Shown here: piece after piece, positions 7,739 through 15,984 of the stretch
Layout of the letters: each line of letters opens with the position of its first letter
Position numbering within the stretch: position 1 is the stretch's first letter
Assembly (NCBI GenBank): GCA_963977445.1
Contig: CAXBPH010000066.1
Span: 1 to 28,639, forward strand
Length of the DNA stretch: 28,639 nt
Direction of reading: 5' to 3'
DNA from: an uncultured bacterium
Lineage (GTDB): Bacteria > Hydrogenedentota > Hydrogenedentia > Hydrogenedentales > JAEUWI01
Notes under the pieces: generated by a model
What the model was told of the DNA's origin: nothing
Database searches by the model: none
The model's input: only the letters and a program-made list of their open reading frames with translations
Made by a program: the position numbers and the translations under genes

Positions 7739-9778
7739 ATGCCAGCCGTTGACCCCGGAAAGGAACGTAATGTTGGAATTGTAGGCCACAGTGGTGTCGG
7801 GAAGACCATGCTCCTCGAGCATATCCTCCACGACGCCGGTGTGATCACCCGTACCGGCAGTATAGAAGACGGAAACACGGTTGCGGACTATCTTGAGGAG
7901 GAGATTGAACGAAAACACAGTATTTCGATGAAATTATGTCACGTGGAGTGGCGGGGGGATCGTATCCATTTTATTGATCATCCCGGCTATATGGATTTTC
8001 AGGGAGAGATAGCCGCCTCAACCCCGCTGGTGGATGGCATGGTGATTCTCGTTGATGCGACGACGGGCGTGCAGGTAGGCACCGACATCGCCTGGAAATA
8101 TGCGGAAAAATGCAAGGTGCCTCGGGCCTTCTTCGTAAACAAGCTTGACCGCGAGAATACGGATTTTTTTGACGTGGTTGCCGGGCTGCGGGAAACCTAC
8201 GGGAAACAATGTGTTCCTCTTGTCATTCCCATTGGGAATGGGGAAGGGTTGACGCGGGTGGTGAATATCTTCGATGGCGATACGGACGACATCGCCGACC
8301 AGATTGCGACGATGAAGGAGGAGATGGCCGACGCCGTCGCCGAGACAGACGACGCCTTGATGGAAAAATACCTGGAAACCGGCGCACTTTCCCCGGAAGA
8401 GTTTCATCGAGGCCTTCACGACGGCATTACGGCGGGCAAAATCATGCCCATCATCGCCGGAAGCGTGCACAAATTTCTCGGGGTAGACGAGTTGCTCGAT
8501 GTGGTGGCCGAATCCTTCCCGAGTCCCCTCGACCGACATGTGATGGTGCGCAATGGCACCGATACGTTGAAGGAATTGCCCGTCAGCCGCACCGAGCCCT
8601 TCCTCGGGCAGGTATTTCGCAATGTGGTGGACCCCTATGTCGGCCATCTGACCTTTTTTCGGGTCCTTACCGGTACCCTCCATTCCGATAGCGAATTCTA
8701 CAATGTATCGACAGAAACCAAGGAGCGCACGGGTAAAATTTACCTGCTGAACGGTAAAGAGCAAACGGTGGTCGACGAAGTGGGGCCGGGCGATCTGGCG
8801 GCGGTCACCAAGTTGAAACATACGTTTTTCGGCGACACGATTGGGGCCATGGGGAGCTCCTACACGATGCCCGAAATTGAATTGCCGCCCTCTATGGTGA
8901 AACTGGCCATCACACCAAAGACCCGAACGGATGAGGATAAAATAGGGGATGCCCTCCATCGCCTGGCCGAAGAAGACCCCACCTTTGCCCACTATCGCGA
9001 TGGGGCCACTGGCGAACATATCATCCAAGGGACGGGCGACCTCCAGCTCGAAATTCTGCTGGACCGAATGCGTCGTAAGTATAATGTCGAAGTGGAAACC
9101 TCCACGCCCCGCGTCGCCTATCTGGAAACCATAAAGCAAACGGCAGAGGCCCAGGGAAAATATAAGAAGCAAACGGGTGGTCACGGTCAGTATGGGGACG
9201 CGAGTATACGGGTAAAACCCCGGGAGCGGGGTTCCGGCTATGCTTTTGTCGACAGTATCGTCGGCGGCGTCGTGCCGAGACAGTTTATCCCCCACGTGGA
9301 TAAAGGCGCACAGGAAGCGTTGGCCCGGGGGGTCATATCAGGCCACCCCATGGTTGATGTAGAAGTGGAGCTGTTTTTCGGTTCCTACCACAACGTGGAT
9401 TCCTCTGAGATGGCCTTCAAAATTGCGGCTTCCATGGCGATTCAGAAGGCGGTGAAGGGGGCGAACCCCTGCCTGCTTGAGCCCATGGTAGAAATCAAGG
9501 TCGTTATGCCGGAGGAGTATCTGGGGGACATCACCGGTGACCTGAACACCCGACGCGGTCGAATCCTTGGTATGGAGCCCGCCGGTGCTGGTCGGCAAGG
9601 TATACGTGCCCTGGTTCCCGAGGCCGAAATACTGCGATACGCCACGGAATTACGGAGTATTACCCACGGTCGCGGTAGTTTTGAATGGACGCCCCATGGC
9701 TACGACGAAGTTCCGGAGCACCTTGCCCGGGGAATTATCGAGGACTACGAACATGCCCGTTCGGAGGGGCATGGGTAG
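7739..9778 (+). CDS. fusA2: Elongation factor G-like protein (EF-G2 paralogue)
   Basis: G1 GHSGVGKT, G3 DHPGY, G4 NKLD, domain IV KKQTGGHGQYG and GSYHNVDSSEMAF. Outside the str operon; ATG 7739 after GGAGG. Confidence 0.93.
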   Translation: MPAVDPGKERNVGIVGHSGVGKTMLLEHILHDAGVITRTGSIEDGNTVADYLEEEIERKHSISMKLCHVEWRGDRIHFIDHPGYMDFQGEIAASTPLVDGMVILVDATTGVQVGTDIAWKYAEKCKVPRAFFVNKLDRENTDFFDVVAGLRETYGKQCVPLVIPIGNGEGLTRVVNIFDGDTDDIADQIATMKEEMADAVAETDDALMEKYLETGALSPEEFHRGLHDGITAGKIMPIIAGSVHKFLGVDELLDVVAESFPSPLDRHVMVRNGTDTLKELPVSRTEPFLGQVFRNVVDPYVGHLTFFRVLTGTLHSDSEFYNVSTETKERTGKIYLLNGKEQTVVDEVGPGDLAAVTKLKHTFFGDTIGAMGSSYTMPEIELPPSMVKLAITPKTRTDEDKIGDALHRLAEEDPTFAHYRDGATGEHIIQGTGDLQLEILLDRMRRKYNVEVETSTPRVAYLETIKQTAEAQGKYKKQTGGHGQYGDASIRVKPRERGSGYAFVDSIVGGVVPRQFIPHVDKGAQEALARGVISGHPMVDVEVELFFGSYHNVDSSEMAFKIAASMAIQKAVKGANPCLLEPMVEIKVVMPEEYLGDITGDLNTRRGRILGMEPAGAGRQGIRALVPEAEILRYATELRSITHGRGSFEWTPHGYDEVPEHLARGIIEDYEHARSEGHG

Positions 9779-10045
9779 GCCCCAATTTATGCCGCCCCAG
9801 AGAAGATTCTTGCTGTATGGGCAAGATCCAATGCGCCTGGGAGCAGATTGTGGAAGGCAATTCAGACGGAATTCAATGCTTACGAAAATAAAACGCAAAA
9901 TTGTTTTTATTGAATATGGGCGGTCTCTGCAAGATTTGAAAGAATTGCCAATTCAAATGCAATGCGCTTAGTGAAATTATACCGAGCATATGTAAACAAT
10001 ATATAAATGGGGTCTATATGTCCTAAATCCTTTACATACGGGGAC

Positions 10046-10075
10046 TTGACAGAACTCCAGTCTGTCGGGTAAGAT
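10046..10075 (+). promoter_or_regulatory. Candidate sigma70 promoter of the PEP-CTERM gene
   Basis: TTGACA (10046-10051) - 18 nt - TAAGAT (10070-10075); dyad GACAGA-N7-TCTGTC overlaps the -35 and spacer. Confidence 0.5.
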
Positions 10076-10336
10076 TGAGGTGTTAGTCCAAATCGGTGCA
10101 ACTTGGTACTCCGATGAGGATGCAGTACTTGGGAACAAAATACGCGGGCAAATGTAAGATAATGTGCGGACGCCAGAGGCGTATCCTTCCCGATTTTTAT
10201 GAATAGCAGCGTCAACAAAGCTGGGTGCTTTGTTTCGTAATATAGAACAACGTAGGTATTGAGAAGAGAATTTTAAGCGTGCGAAATGACGAATACAAGG
10301 TCTCCCAGCGACCAACACCAACGAAAGGGGTTTAAG

Positions 10337-11221
10337 ATGCGAAGAACAGGAATTTGGCTGACTATATTGGCCATGACAATTACTGCCGGAAATGCTTCGG
10401 CTGTTGTCACGATTAATCCGAATGGAGATTGGTCCGATTGGTTTACCTACAATCCGGCTGTGAATGATGTAAGTCTTAACGACTGGAACCAGCAGCATGT
10501 AATTGATCAGCTGGCTCCCGGCGTTCGTTACCAGAATCCCGTAAATGGTATTCACTTCGGTGGAACTGGTAACACCGATGGCGACGGAACGACTCCGGGC
10601 TTTGGTGGTCAGGAATATGACGTTGAGCAGATCGTATATTACTTCGATGATCTCAATCCGCTTGACGACAATTCCGGTGGTACGCTCTACATCGGCCTCG
10701 TGACGGGATTTCCTCCCGGTGGTACTTTTAATATCAATAATGGCAATTTGGAGTACCTTGCTGGTGACTTCTTTTTCGGATTCGGCCAGGGTTCCGGTTT
10801 GACCTACGCGTTGGGCGTTTCCGAATATGCCGCTGACGCCGCCCGTTTGGGTCAGGTGTACACCGGTGGTCCGATCATTGATCCCAGCCCATACAATACC
10901 GTAGATACTACGCCGTATCGCATGGGTGGAGCGCCTTCTGCACCGTTCACCGCTGGATTCGGTCCAGTCGTCAAATGGGGTGGCATGGGAACGCACTACT
11001 TCCTCGAGATTGCACTCAACATCGACGGTGCTACGGAAACCATCATTACCGACGACACTTTAGGCGGTTTGAATCTCCACTGGACGATGGGTTGTGGTAA
11101 TGACTACATCGACGTAAAAGATACTACGCCTTTCGCTCCCGTTCCTGAGCCCACCACGATGGTGCTGCTTGGTATGGGTGTGCTTGGAATGGCAATGCGG
11201 GCACGTCGCCCTGTTTGCTAA
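10337..11221 (+). CDS. PEP-CTERM sorting-domain surface protein
   Basis: Signal peptide MRRTGIWLTILAMTITAGNASA; C-terminus VPEP-TTMVLLGMGVLGMAM-RARR. ATG 10337 after AAGGGG. Confidence 0.95.
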   Translation: MRRTGIWLTILAMTITAGNASAVVTINPNGDWSDWFTYNPAVNDVSLNDWNQQHVIDQLAPGVRYQNPVNGIHFGGTGNTDGDGTTPGFGGQEYDVEQIVYYFDDLNPLDDNSGGTLYIGLVTGFPPGGTFNINNGNLEYLAGDFFFGFGQGSGLTYALGVSEYAADAARLGQVYTGGPIIDPSPYNTVDTTPYRMGGAPSAPFTAGFGPVVKWGGMGTHYFLEIALNIDGATETIITDDTLGGLNLHWTMGCGNDYIDVKDTTPFAPVPEPTTMVLLGMGVLGMAMRARRPVC

Positions 11222-11278
11222 TTGCAACACCGTTCAAAATGCTAGCTAGTTGAATACCCAAAATACCTACGCACTACT

Positions 11279-11320
11279 GCGGGCGACTTATCTCATGATA
11301 AGTCGCCCGCGTTCTTTTTA
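11279..11320 (+). terminator. Intrinsic terminator of the PEP-CTERM gene
   Basis: Perfect 14-bp stem GCGGGCGACTTATC-TCAT-GATAAGTCGCCCGC followed by GTTCTTTTT. Confidence 0.9.
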
Positions 11321-11634
11321 TATGGGTGAAGGAGCTGGAGAGTCTCTGTCGGAATTGTTGGGCATAGAGACTGAGTCTGATTTGGTCGTAGTGCCTCTGG
11401 ACTATTGGAATGAGCCGCTGGGTTGGCGGGTGGTGCGCGTTGGAGGCCACTTCGAGGCGGTCCGCATGCGCTACGCCGGGGATTGACCCAGATAGTCAAC
11501 CGCTATCAGACGGGATGCGGTATCGACGGGGGAGGTCGGGGACAAGGCAATTGGCCCTACGGGCTGACTCCGTTGTCCTTGGACTAACCGGGAGACGAAA
11601 GGCGTCGATGGGGGACTGGAGTCCCATCCGCAGT

Positions 11635-11694
11635 CTAACAGCCCGTTGAAAAACGCGAGCGGGGACTGCGAGCGGACTTTTTGAGCGAATGCTC
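11635..11694. mobile_element. Possible degenerate MITE / IS-end remnant
   Basis: CTAACAGCCCGTTGAAAAAC ... GACTTTTTGAGCGAATGCTC imperfect terminal inverted repeats; no transposase. Confidence 0.3.
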
Positions 11695-11796
11695 CCGTGG
11701 GAAACCTTGAACGTGCCGGTGCTTCCGACGGATTCGCACCTTGATTGCGGCCAGGAACTCTCGTTTTCGTCTTCGCACGTCGGTTGCTAGGGACGG

Positions 11797-12582
11797 TCAG
11801 TGAAAACTCTTGGTGAGGGTCTCGAAGAGCAAAAACCAGCCGTCGGCGAGTACGAACATGATTATTTTGAAGGGGAGGGATACAAAGATCGGGGGAAGCA
11901 TCATCATACCCATGGCCATCAAGGTGCTGGCAACTACCATGTCGATGATGAGGAAGGGTATGTAGATGATGAAGCCAATCATGAAGGCGGTCGTCAGTTC
12001 ACTCAGGACAAATGCCGGCACCAGGACGGTGGTGGGGATATCTTCACGGGTCCGGGGCTGCTCCTCGACCTTCGCGATGCGTAAGAAGAGTACCAGGTCT
12101 TTCGGGCGCGTCTGGCGGAACATGAAGTCCCGCATGGGTACCATAGCGGCTGTCAAGGCCTCGCCATCCGTGAGCTGTTGTTCCAGATAAGGTTGGAGGG
12201 CCGTTTCATTGATTTGTTGGTAAGTAGGGGTCATGATGAAAAAAGTAAGTATCAACGCCAATCCGATAAGCACCTGATTGGGAGGCGTCTGCTGGGTGGC
12301 CATCGCCTGGCGCAGAAAGCCAAGCACCACAATAATGCGGGTAAAGGATGTGGTCATCACCAAAATCGCTGGTGCGAGGCTGATGACGGTAATCAGGAAA
12401 ACGATGAAAATAGAAGAGGAGACGTTTTCCCGGGAACCGAAACTTCGCACCGCCTGCGCCACATCTACCCCGGATTCCGCTGAGTCCCCGGCATTCTGGG
12501 CAAACACGTCGGAGCTCAGCAAGAGCAGTGCGGCTACGAGCAGGGTGCCAGCGAGGACGGCAAATCGCTTAGTCCTGTGCAC
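11797..12582 (-). CDS. fliP: Flagellar export gate protein FliP
   Basis: TTSFTRIIVVLGFLRQAMATQQTPPNQVLIGLAL, PAFVLSEL, MGMMMLPP..SLPFK..FVLADGW. Probable GTG start 12582 (ORF extends to 12624). Confidence 0.97.
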   Translation of the reverse strand: MHRTKRFAVLAGTLLVAALLLLSSDVFAQNAGDSAESGVDVAQAVRSFGSRENVSSSIFIVFLITVISLAPAILVMTTSFTRIIVVLGFLRQAMATQQTPPNQVLIGLALILTFFIMTPTYQQINETALQPYLEQQLTDGEALTAAMVPMRDFMFRQTRPKDLVLFLRIAKVEEQPRTREDIPTTVLVPAFVLSELTTAFMIGFIIYIPFLIIDMVVASTLMAMGMMMLPPIFVSLPFKIIMFVLADGWFLLFETLTKSFH

Positions 12583-13327
12583 GAGAGCTTTCCTGGAAAT
12601 ATTGTTTGAGGCGCTGCAGATCACCCTTCAGATTGTCCAGCTCCTCATCCATACCGCTCGATGAATGGTCGAGTGACGCCTGAGACGCCTGTAATTCTGC
12701 AAGAAAGTTCGCCGGACGAATCGCGTTGTCATCGTCGGGCTCGGGGGCGATAGCGTTTTCCTCTTCAAAGAGATCGGCTTCCATAACCCGGAGTAGATTT
12801 ACCGACTGTTGGGTGGCACCCACAATCAATACTTCATCTTTCACCCGGATGAAATGGAGGGACGCCTGGGGCGATAGGGCAATTCTGCCCAGGACTTTAC
12901 CGAGCGTATAGCCGGACAGGAGGGGCGTCCTCCGTCCCCAGCGCTTCACTGCGGCCAGCAGGAGTATAAAGAGGGCCAGGGTGCCACACAGGGCCATAAT
13001 ACCCTTTAGAAAGGCGTAGACGACGTGGTCGGAAGCCGGACTGTCACTATTGGTGCCGGTGGAGGCTGCGTCCTCTTCGGAGGCATCCGCCCCATCGCTG
13101 GATGTGGCTTCTGTTTCGTTCCAGCGTTGTCCCAATTCATCCATAAAGGTGTCTGGGGTCGCCACTTCCGGGGGGGGCTCCTCCAGCGGGACTTCAGGGA
13201 GGTCCTGGGAAATAGGCGGAATCTTGGGTGGAGGGGTCCGCTGGAGTTCTTCCGTATCCTGTGTGCTGGCAAGCAACGGAAAAAGGGCCAGGGTCAGGGC
13301 CGTGCATATTTTCGCCAACTTAACCAA
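12569..13327 (-). CDS. fliO: Flagellar biosynthesis protein FliO/FliZ
   Basis: TM segment followed by KVLGRIALSPQASLHFIRVKDEVLIVGATQQSVNLL; sits between fliN and fliP. Start uncertain (TTG 13327 after AAGGA). Confidence 0.85.
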   Translation of the reverse strand: MVKLAKICTALTLALFPLLASTQDTEELQRTPPPKIPPISQDLPEVPLEEPPPEVATPDTFMDELGQRWNETEATSSDGADASEEDAASTGTNSDSPASDHVVYAFLKGIMALCGTLALFILLLAAVKRWGRRTPLLSGYTLGKVLGRIALSPQASLHFIRVKDEVLIVGATQQSVNLLRVMEADLFEEENAIAPEPDDDNAIRPANFLAELQASQASLDHSSSGMDEELDNLKGDLQRLKQYFQESSRAQD

Positions 13328-13667
13328 CGGCGAGATCCTTTTCCGTAGCACCGATAACTTCTGCAATACGCACATGGAGCGAGTCGACGAGAACGACCAC
13401 TTCGCCCCGCGCGACGGGGATCCCATTGATGTAGATGCCGGCCATTTCGCCGGCAAGTTTATCCAACGGTAAGACCGTGCCCAGTTTAAGGTCCAGAATG
13501 TCACGGATTTGTATGGCGCATCGTCCGAGATCGGCAGATATTTCCAGGCCAATTTCTTCCAGGTCATCAATATGCAGATGTTCCTGGGCGGGCGCCGCGT
13601 TTACCAGTTCATCGCCAAAGGCATGTTCCTGGGCTTCACTCGAGCGCATTTTTCCGGAGCCACTCAT
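13320..13667 (-). CDS. fliN: Flagellar switch protein FliN (SpoA domain)
   Basis: LGRCAIQIRDILDLKLGTVLPLDKLAGE...NG..VARGEVVV; ATGA overlap with fliL. Confidence 0.88.
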   Translation of the reverse strand: MSGSGKMRSSEAQEHAFGDELVNAAPAQEHLHIDDLEEIGLEISADLGRCAIQIRDILDLKLGTVLPLDKLAGEMAGIYINGIPVARGEVVVLVDSLHVRIAEVIGATEKDLAVG

Positions 13668-14197
13668 AAATCCACCATCGTAAACTTCAAATGCAGGGCG
13701 TCCAGCACCATGAGATCGGCCTCGGGATTGATACGTTTCAACAGGATGTTGGACTGCTGCTTAATTTGCTGCAGTATGCTGTTTCTGACCAGACTGTCAT
13801 TGAGTTCCGCCCGCGTACGTCCCTGATGCATTTTCAAAATCATGGCCGCAAATAGACTCTTTCGCGAATCCACGACCGCGGCCGTCTCGGGGTCACGACA
13901 CATGAGGGTGACCTGGGTAATCAGCATGGGTGCGACCATATCGGGATCTTCCGTCGCGACCGAAATCTGCTGTTCGTCAAATATCATTTCCGTCATGGTG
14001 ACGGGAAATGGGTCTACCACGGTCGGTGTCTTGGCCATTTCTTCTTCGGGACCAAACTTGGGCTTGATGATGAAGCTGTAGAGCACGAAAGCAAGGATAG
14101 CGGGAATGACTATGGCCATGGCGAACATGATACCGTTTTTAACCATCGGCGAAGCTGGCTTCTTTTCACTTTTCTCGGTATTTTGTTCTTCGGCCAT
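13664..14197 (-). CDS. fliL: Flagellar basal body-associated protein FliL
   Basis: Single N-terminal TM helix, 177 aa, immediately downstream of motB. Confidence 0.75.
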   Translation of the reverse strand: MAEEQNTEKSEKKPASPMVKNGIMFAMAIVIPAILAFVLYSFIIKPKFGPEEEMAKTPTVVDPFPVTMTEMIFDEQQISVATEDPDMVAPMLITQVTLMCRDPETAAVVDSRKSLFAAMILKMHQGRTRAELNDSLVRNSILQQIKQQSNILLKRINPEADLMVLDALHLKFTMVDL

Positions 14198-14202
14198 AAC
14201 TC

Positions 14203-15000
14203 TTACCTCAAGTTGTCAAATTCACTCGGTGTCAACGGGACCTCGACCGGACCATTGGGAGACTCGCCCATATCCAATCCTTGTAATAGCGCATTCAACT
14301 TGGCCTTGTCCAATAATCCACGAATATATACCTCAACCCGCCGGTTGGCGGCCTGACCTTCGGGGGTGTTATTGGTGGCAATGGGCTGCCCCGCGCCGAT
14401 GGCGTGTATTTCGAATTGATTCACGGAAAGGCCACCGGTGGCGACCAGCTGCTCGGTTACACTATGGGCTCGCTGATAGCTCAAATCATAATTATCCCGA
14501 AACCGGATTGCATTTCCCAGGGGCCGAGAATCGGTGTGTCCCTGCACTTCAAAGAAGCTCTCGGGCATTTCAGAGAGTATTTCTGCGATATCCTGGATAA
14601 CGGGGAGGGCGGTGGGTTTCAATGTCGCTTCGGATGGCTCAAAGAGGAGCTCGCTGGGGAGGTTTATTTTTATACCGCCCAGGGCATCAAAATCGACCTT
14701 AACCTTCTGCTCCAGCCCTCGGACCTGGAGGCGCCGTCGAATGCGCCGTGCGACGTTAGCCGCTTCATCATTCTGTTTCTTTGGTGGCCGGGGAATCATC
14801 GTGATGAAACCGGCCGACTTTGGAAAAGGCCGAAATCCCCCTTCCAACGACATCAATGCCTTATCAAATTTATCATCACTGATGGTGGAGAAGGAGAGGA
14901 GTAGTACGAAGAAGGTCAGCAGCAGACTCATCAAGTCGGCAAAGGTGGCCATCCAGCCCGGTGCCCCCGGCGGTGGGCATACACACTTTTTTCCGCCCAT
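14203..15000 (-). CDS. motB: Flagellar stator B subunit (MotB/PomB type, OmpA-like domain)
   Basis: WMATFADLMSLLLTFFVLLLSFS TM with the conserved Asp; GHTD, N.DLS.QRA and NRRVE of the OmpA domain. Confidence 0.96.
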   Translation of the reverse strand: MGGKKCVCPPPGAPGWMATFADLMSLLLTFFVLLLSFSTISDDKFDKALMSLEGGFRPFPKSAGFITMIPRPPKKQNDEAANVARRIRRRLQVRGLEQKVKVDFDALGGIKINLPSELLFEPSEATLKPTALPVIQDIAEILSEMPESFFEVQGHTDSRPLGNAIRFRDNYDLSYQRAHSVTEQLVATGGLSVNQFEIHAIGAGQPIATNNTPEGQAANRRVEVYIRGLLDKAKLNALLQGLDMGESPNGPVEVPLTPSEFDNLR

Positions 15001-15001
15001 A

Positions 15002-15787
15002 TCAACCGCCTCCGCCGGGCCCGCCGACTACGATTCGTTCCCGCACCGCAGGCGACACGAAGGCTTTCAATTTCTGTTCCACCACTCGGGGGTTATCGCC
15101 CGATTGAATGCTCAGAATACCTTCGATGACGACTTCTTTCTGCAGTAATTCGGTGGCCGTTCGGGTCTTGAGCTTGCCCACGCAGGGCAGACACACCAGG
15201 TTGGCCAGCACCGCACCATAGAGGGTCGTCAACAGGGCCACAGCCATGGCGGGACCGATCTGTGAGGGGTCATCCATGTTGGCCAACATCTGCACCAACC
15301 CGATAAGGGTGCCGATCATGCCGAAGGCGGGCGCGAAGGTGCCCGCCGCGTCGACAATAGACGCGCCCATGTTGTGGCGGTCTTCCATAAAGGCGATTTC
15401 GGTGGTAAGTATATCTTTAATGAGTTCGGGGGCGGTGCCGTCAATAGCCAACTGCACGCTTTTGCCCATGAAGGCGTCCCCTGCATCTGCAACGTGACTT
15501 TCGAGGGCCAGGATGCCTTCGCGACGGGCAACGGTCGCAAACTCGACCATTTTAATGATGAGGTCTTCCGTCTGTACTTCTTTGTACATGAAGGCATTTT
15601 TCAATACCCCGACTACACCAATTACATGACCAAGGGGAAAGTTGACCAGCACGGCCGCCAGGGTTCCACCAAATACCACGATAATTGAGGGGATATTGAT
15701 GAAAATACCAATCGGACCCCCGAGAACAATGGTAATAATGATCAGGAGGAATCCAGCTACCAGTCCTATAAGTGTCGCGATATCCAT
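15002..15787 (-). CDS. motA: Flagellar stator A subunit (MotA/PomA type)
   Basis: ARREGILALE, APAFGMIGTLIGLV, AVALLTTLYG, EGILSIQSGDNP. Confidence 0.96.
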   Translation of the reverse strand: MDIATLIGLVAGFLLIIITIVLGGPIGIFINIPSIIVVFGGTLAAVLVNFPLGHVIGVVGVLKNAFMYKEVQTEDLIIKMVEFATVARREGILALESHVADAGDAFMGKSVQLAIDGTAPELIKDILTTEIAFMEDRHNMGASIVDAAGTFAPAFGMIGTLIGLVQMLANMDDPSQIGPAMAVALLTTLYGAVLANLVCLPCVGKLKTRTATELLQKEVVIEGILSIQSGDNPRVVEQKLKAFVSPAVRERIVVGGPGGGG

Positions 15788-15921
15788 ACACTATGCCTTG
15801 TGTTCAACATTGCGACGTTGCGCCGATGTTGGGGTTTCCCATTCCGTCTCGTATTCTAACACTCCCTAACGGAATACGTCCACAGCCCTGACAGATATCC
15901 GGATAATTTTCCGAAACGCCG

Positions 15922-15960
15922 AAGAAGAGGGCCGGGGCATGCACGTGCCATGCCCCAGCC
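15922..15960 (-). terminator. Hairpin after flgE (possible terminator or attenuator)
   Basis: Minus strand GGCTGGGGCATG-N7-CATGCCCCGGCC followed by CTCTTCTT (weak U-tract). Confidence 0.5.
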
Positions 15961-15984
15961 AGGGATGTCAGAGATTACGAGGGA

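Noticed and set aside
8018..9295. 425-aa minus-strand ORF
   Set aside because: Lies wholly antisense to EF-G2; a typical high-GC shadow ORF.
9775..9843. GTAG-type REP-like remnant at the EF-G2 stop
   Set aside because: Too degenerate: the palindrome arms do not pair convincingly.
10104..10120. TGGTAC as a sigma54 -24 box for the PEP-CTERM gene
   Set aside because: No TTGC/GC at the -12 position.
9977..10996. 339-aa minus-strand ORF
   Set aside because: Antisense shadow of the PEP-CTERM gene, with no recognisable motif.
11250..11649. Short ORFs after the PEP-CTERM gene; possible fliQ remnant
   Set aside because: The first ORF spans the terminator, the others lie in repeat-like spacer, and none has FliQ-like TM helices.
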